Part shown: positions 63,710-64,000 of the stretch, piece by piece
Numbering within the stretch: position 1 is the stretch's first letter
How the letters are laid out: each line of letters begins with the position of its first letter
Program-made: the position numbers and the translations under genes
Assembly (NCBI RefSeq): GCF_006345805.1
Contig: NC_043011.1
Coordinates: 12,412,464-12,476,463, forward strand
Reading direction: 5' to 3'
Length of the DNA stretch: 64,000 nucleotides
Source: Octopus sinensis
Lineage: Eukaryota
Notes under the pieces: model-generated
Told to the model about the DNA's origin: nothing
The model's input: the letters and a program-made list of their open reading frames with translations, nothing else
Database searches by the model: none

Positions 63710-64000
63710 AGTGGGGACGCTGGCCACGGGTAGTGTCAGAGCTATGCCGTCGGGAACTTCGGTTCCTGGTAGGGCCACCCAAGGCGGATTGGTGTCTGAC
63801 ACCGAGTGGTATTAGGGCCACAACCCGGCAGACGGAGGCCCTGGTGAAAATCCTTGGAGTGTCTGTTTCGTCAACCAGTGGCTCCTCGGTCATTCTGTCC
63901 CTGCATCTGCGGACAATCTACAGCAAACAGGATGTCTCCACATGCGGAATTGTTGGGGACTGCTTGTGAAATCCACATATTCCCACGAAACTTCTTCTGC
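63710..64000. other. GC/CpG-rich island of unknown origin, truncated by the window end (probably a TE terminus)
   Basis: Abrupt rise in GC content. Contains a cUUCGg hairpin at 63751-63768. Confidence 0.4.

Noticed and set aside
63710-63830. HDV-like ribozyme
   Set aside because: P1/P3/P1.1 and the catalytic C in J4/2 could not be placed on either strand.

Overview
AT-rich, repeat-dense eukaryotic DNA. It is most likely cephalopod (Octopus-type), inferred from the tRNA-derived SINE families, RTE/CR1/Penelope fragments and long (TA)n tracts. No intact long host ORF is present; nearly all listed ORFs come from repeats. Mobile elements include a full-length decayed Tigger/pogo transposon whose transposase carries a 72-nt GT-AG intron, five copies of an 8-bp-TSD MITE with internal (CCCTAA)n, and tandem arrays of a TTAA/piggyBac-type MITE at two loci. 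There are also mariner derivatives built from two inverted 5' ends, hAT and Chapaev3-like relics, many LINE fragments and about 20 SINEs. The strongest discovery candidate is a ~354-bp terminally redundant, highly structured unit at 33051-33772. It carries a type I hammerhead ribozyme (33297-33370) at the tip of a long rod-like stem, resembling a non-LTR retrozyme (circular-RNA retroelement). A second, minimal Penelope-type hammerhead lies at 7802-7847. Short splice-site-bounded segments suggest a micro-exon-rich host gene on the minus strand and a terminal exon on the plus strand; both are low confidence. All alignments and folds were done by eye, so element boundaries are approximate unless a TSD or TIR is quoted.
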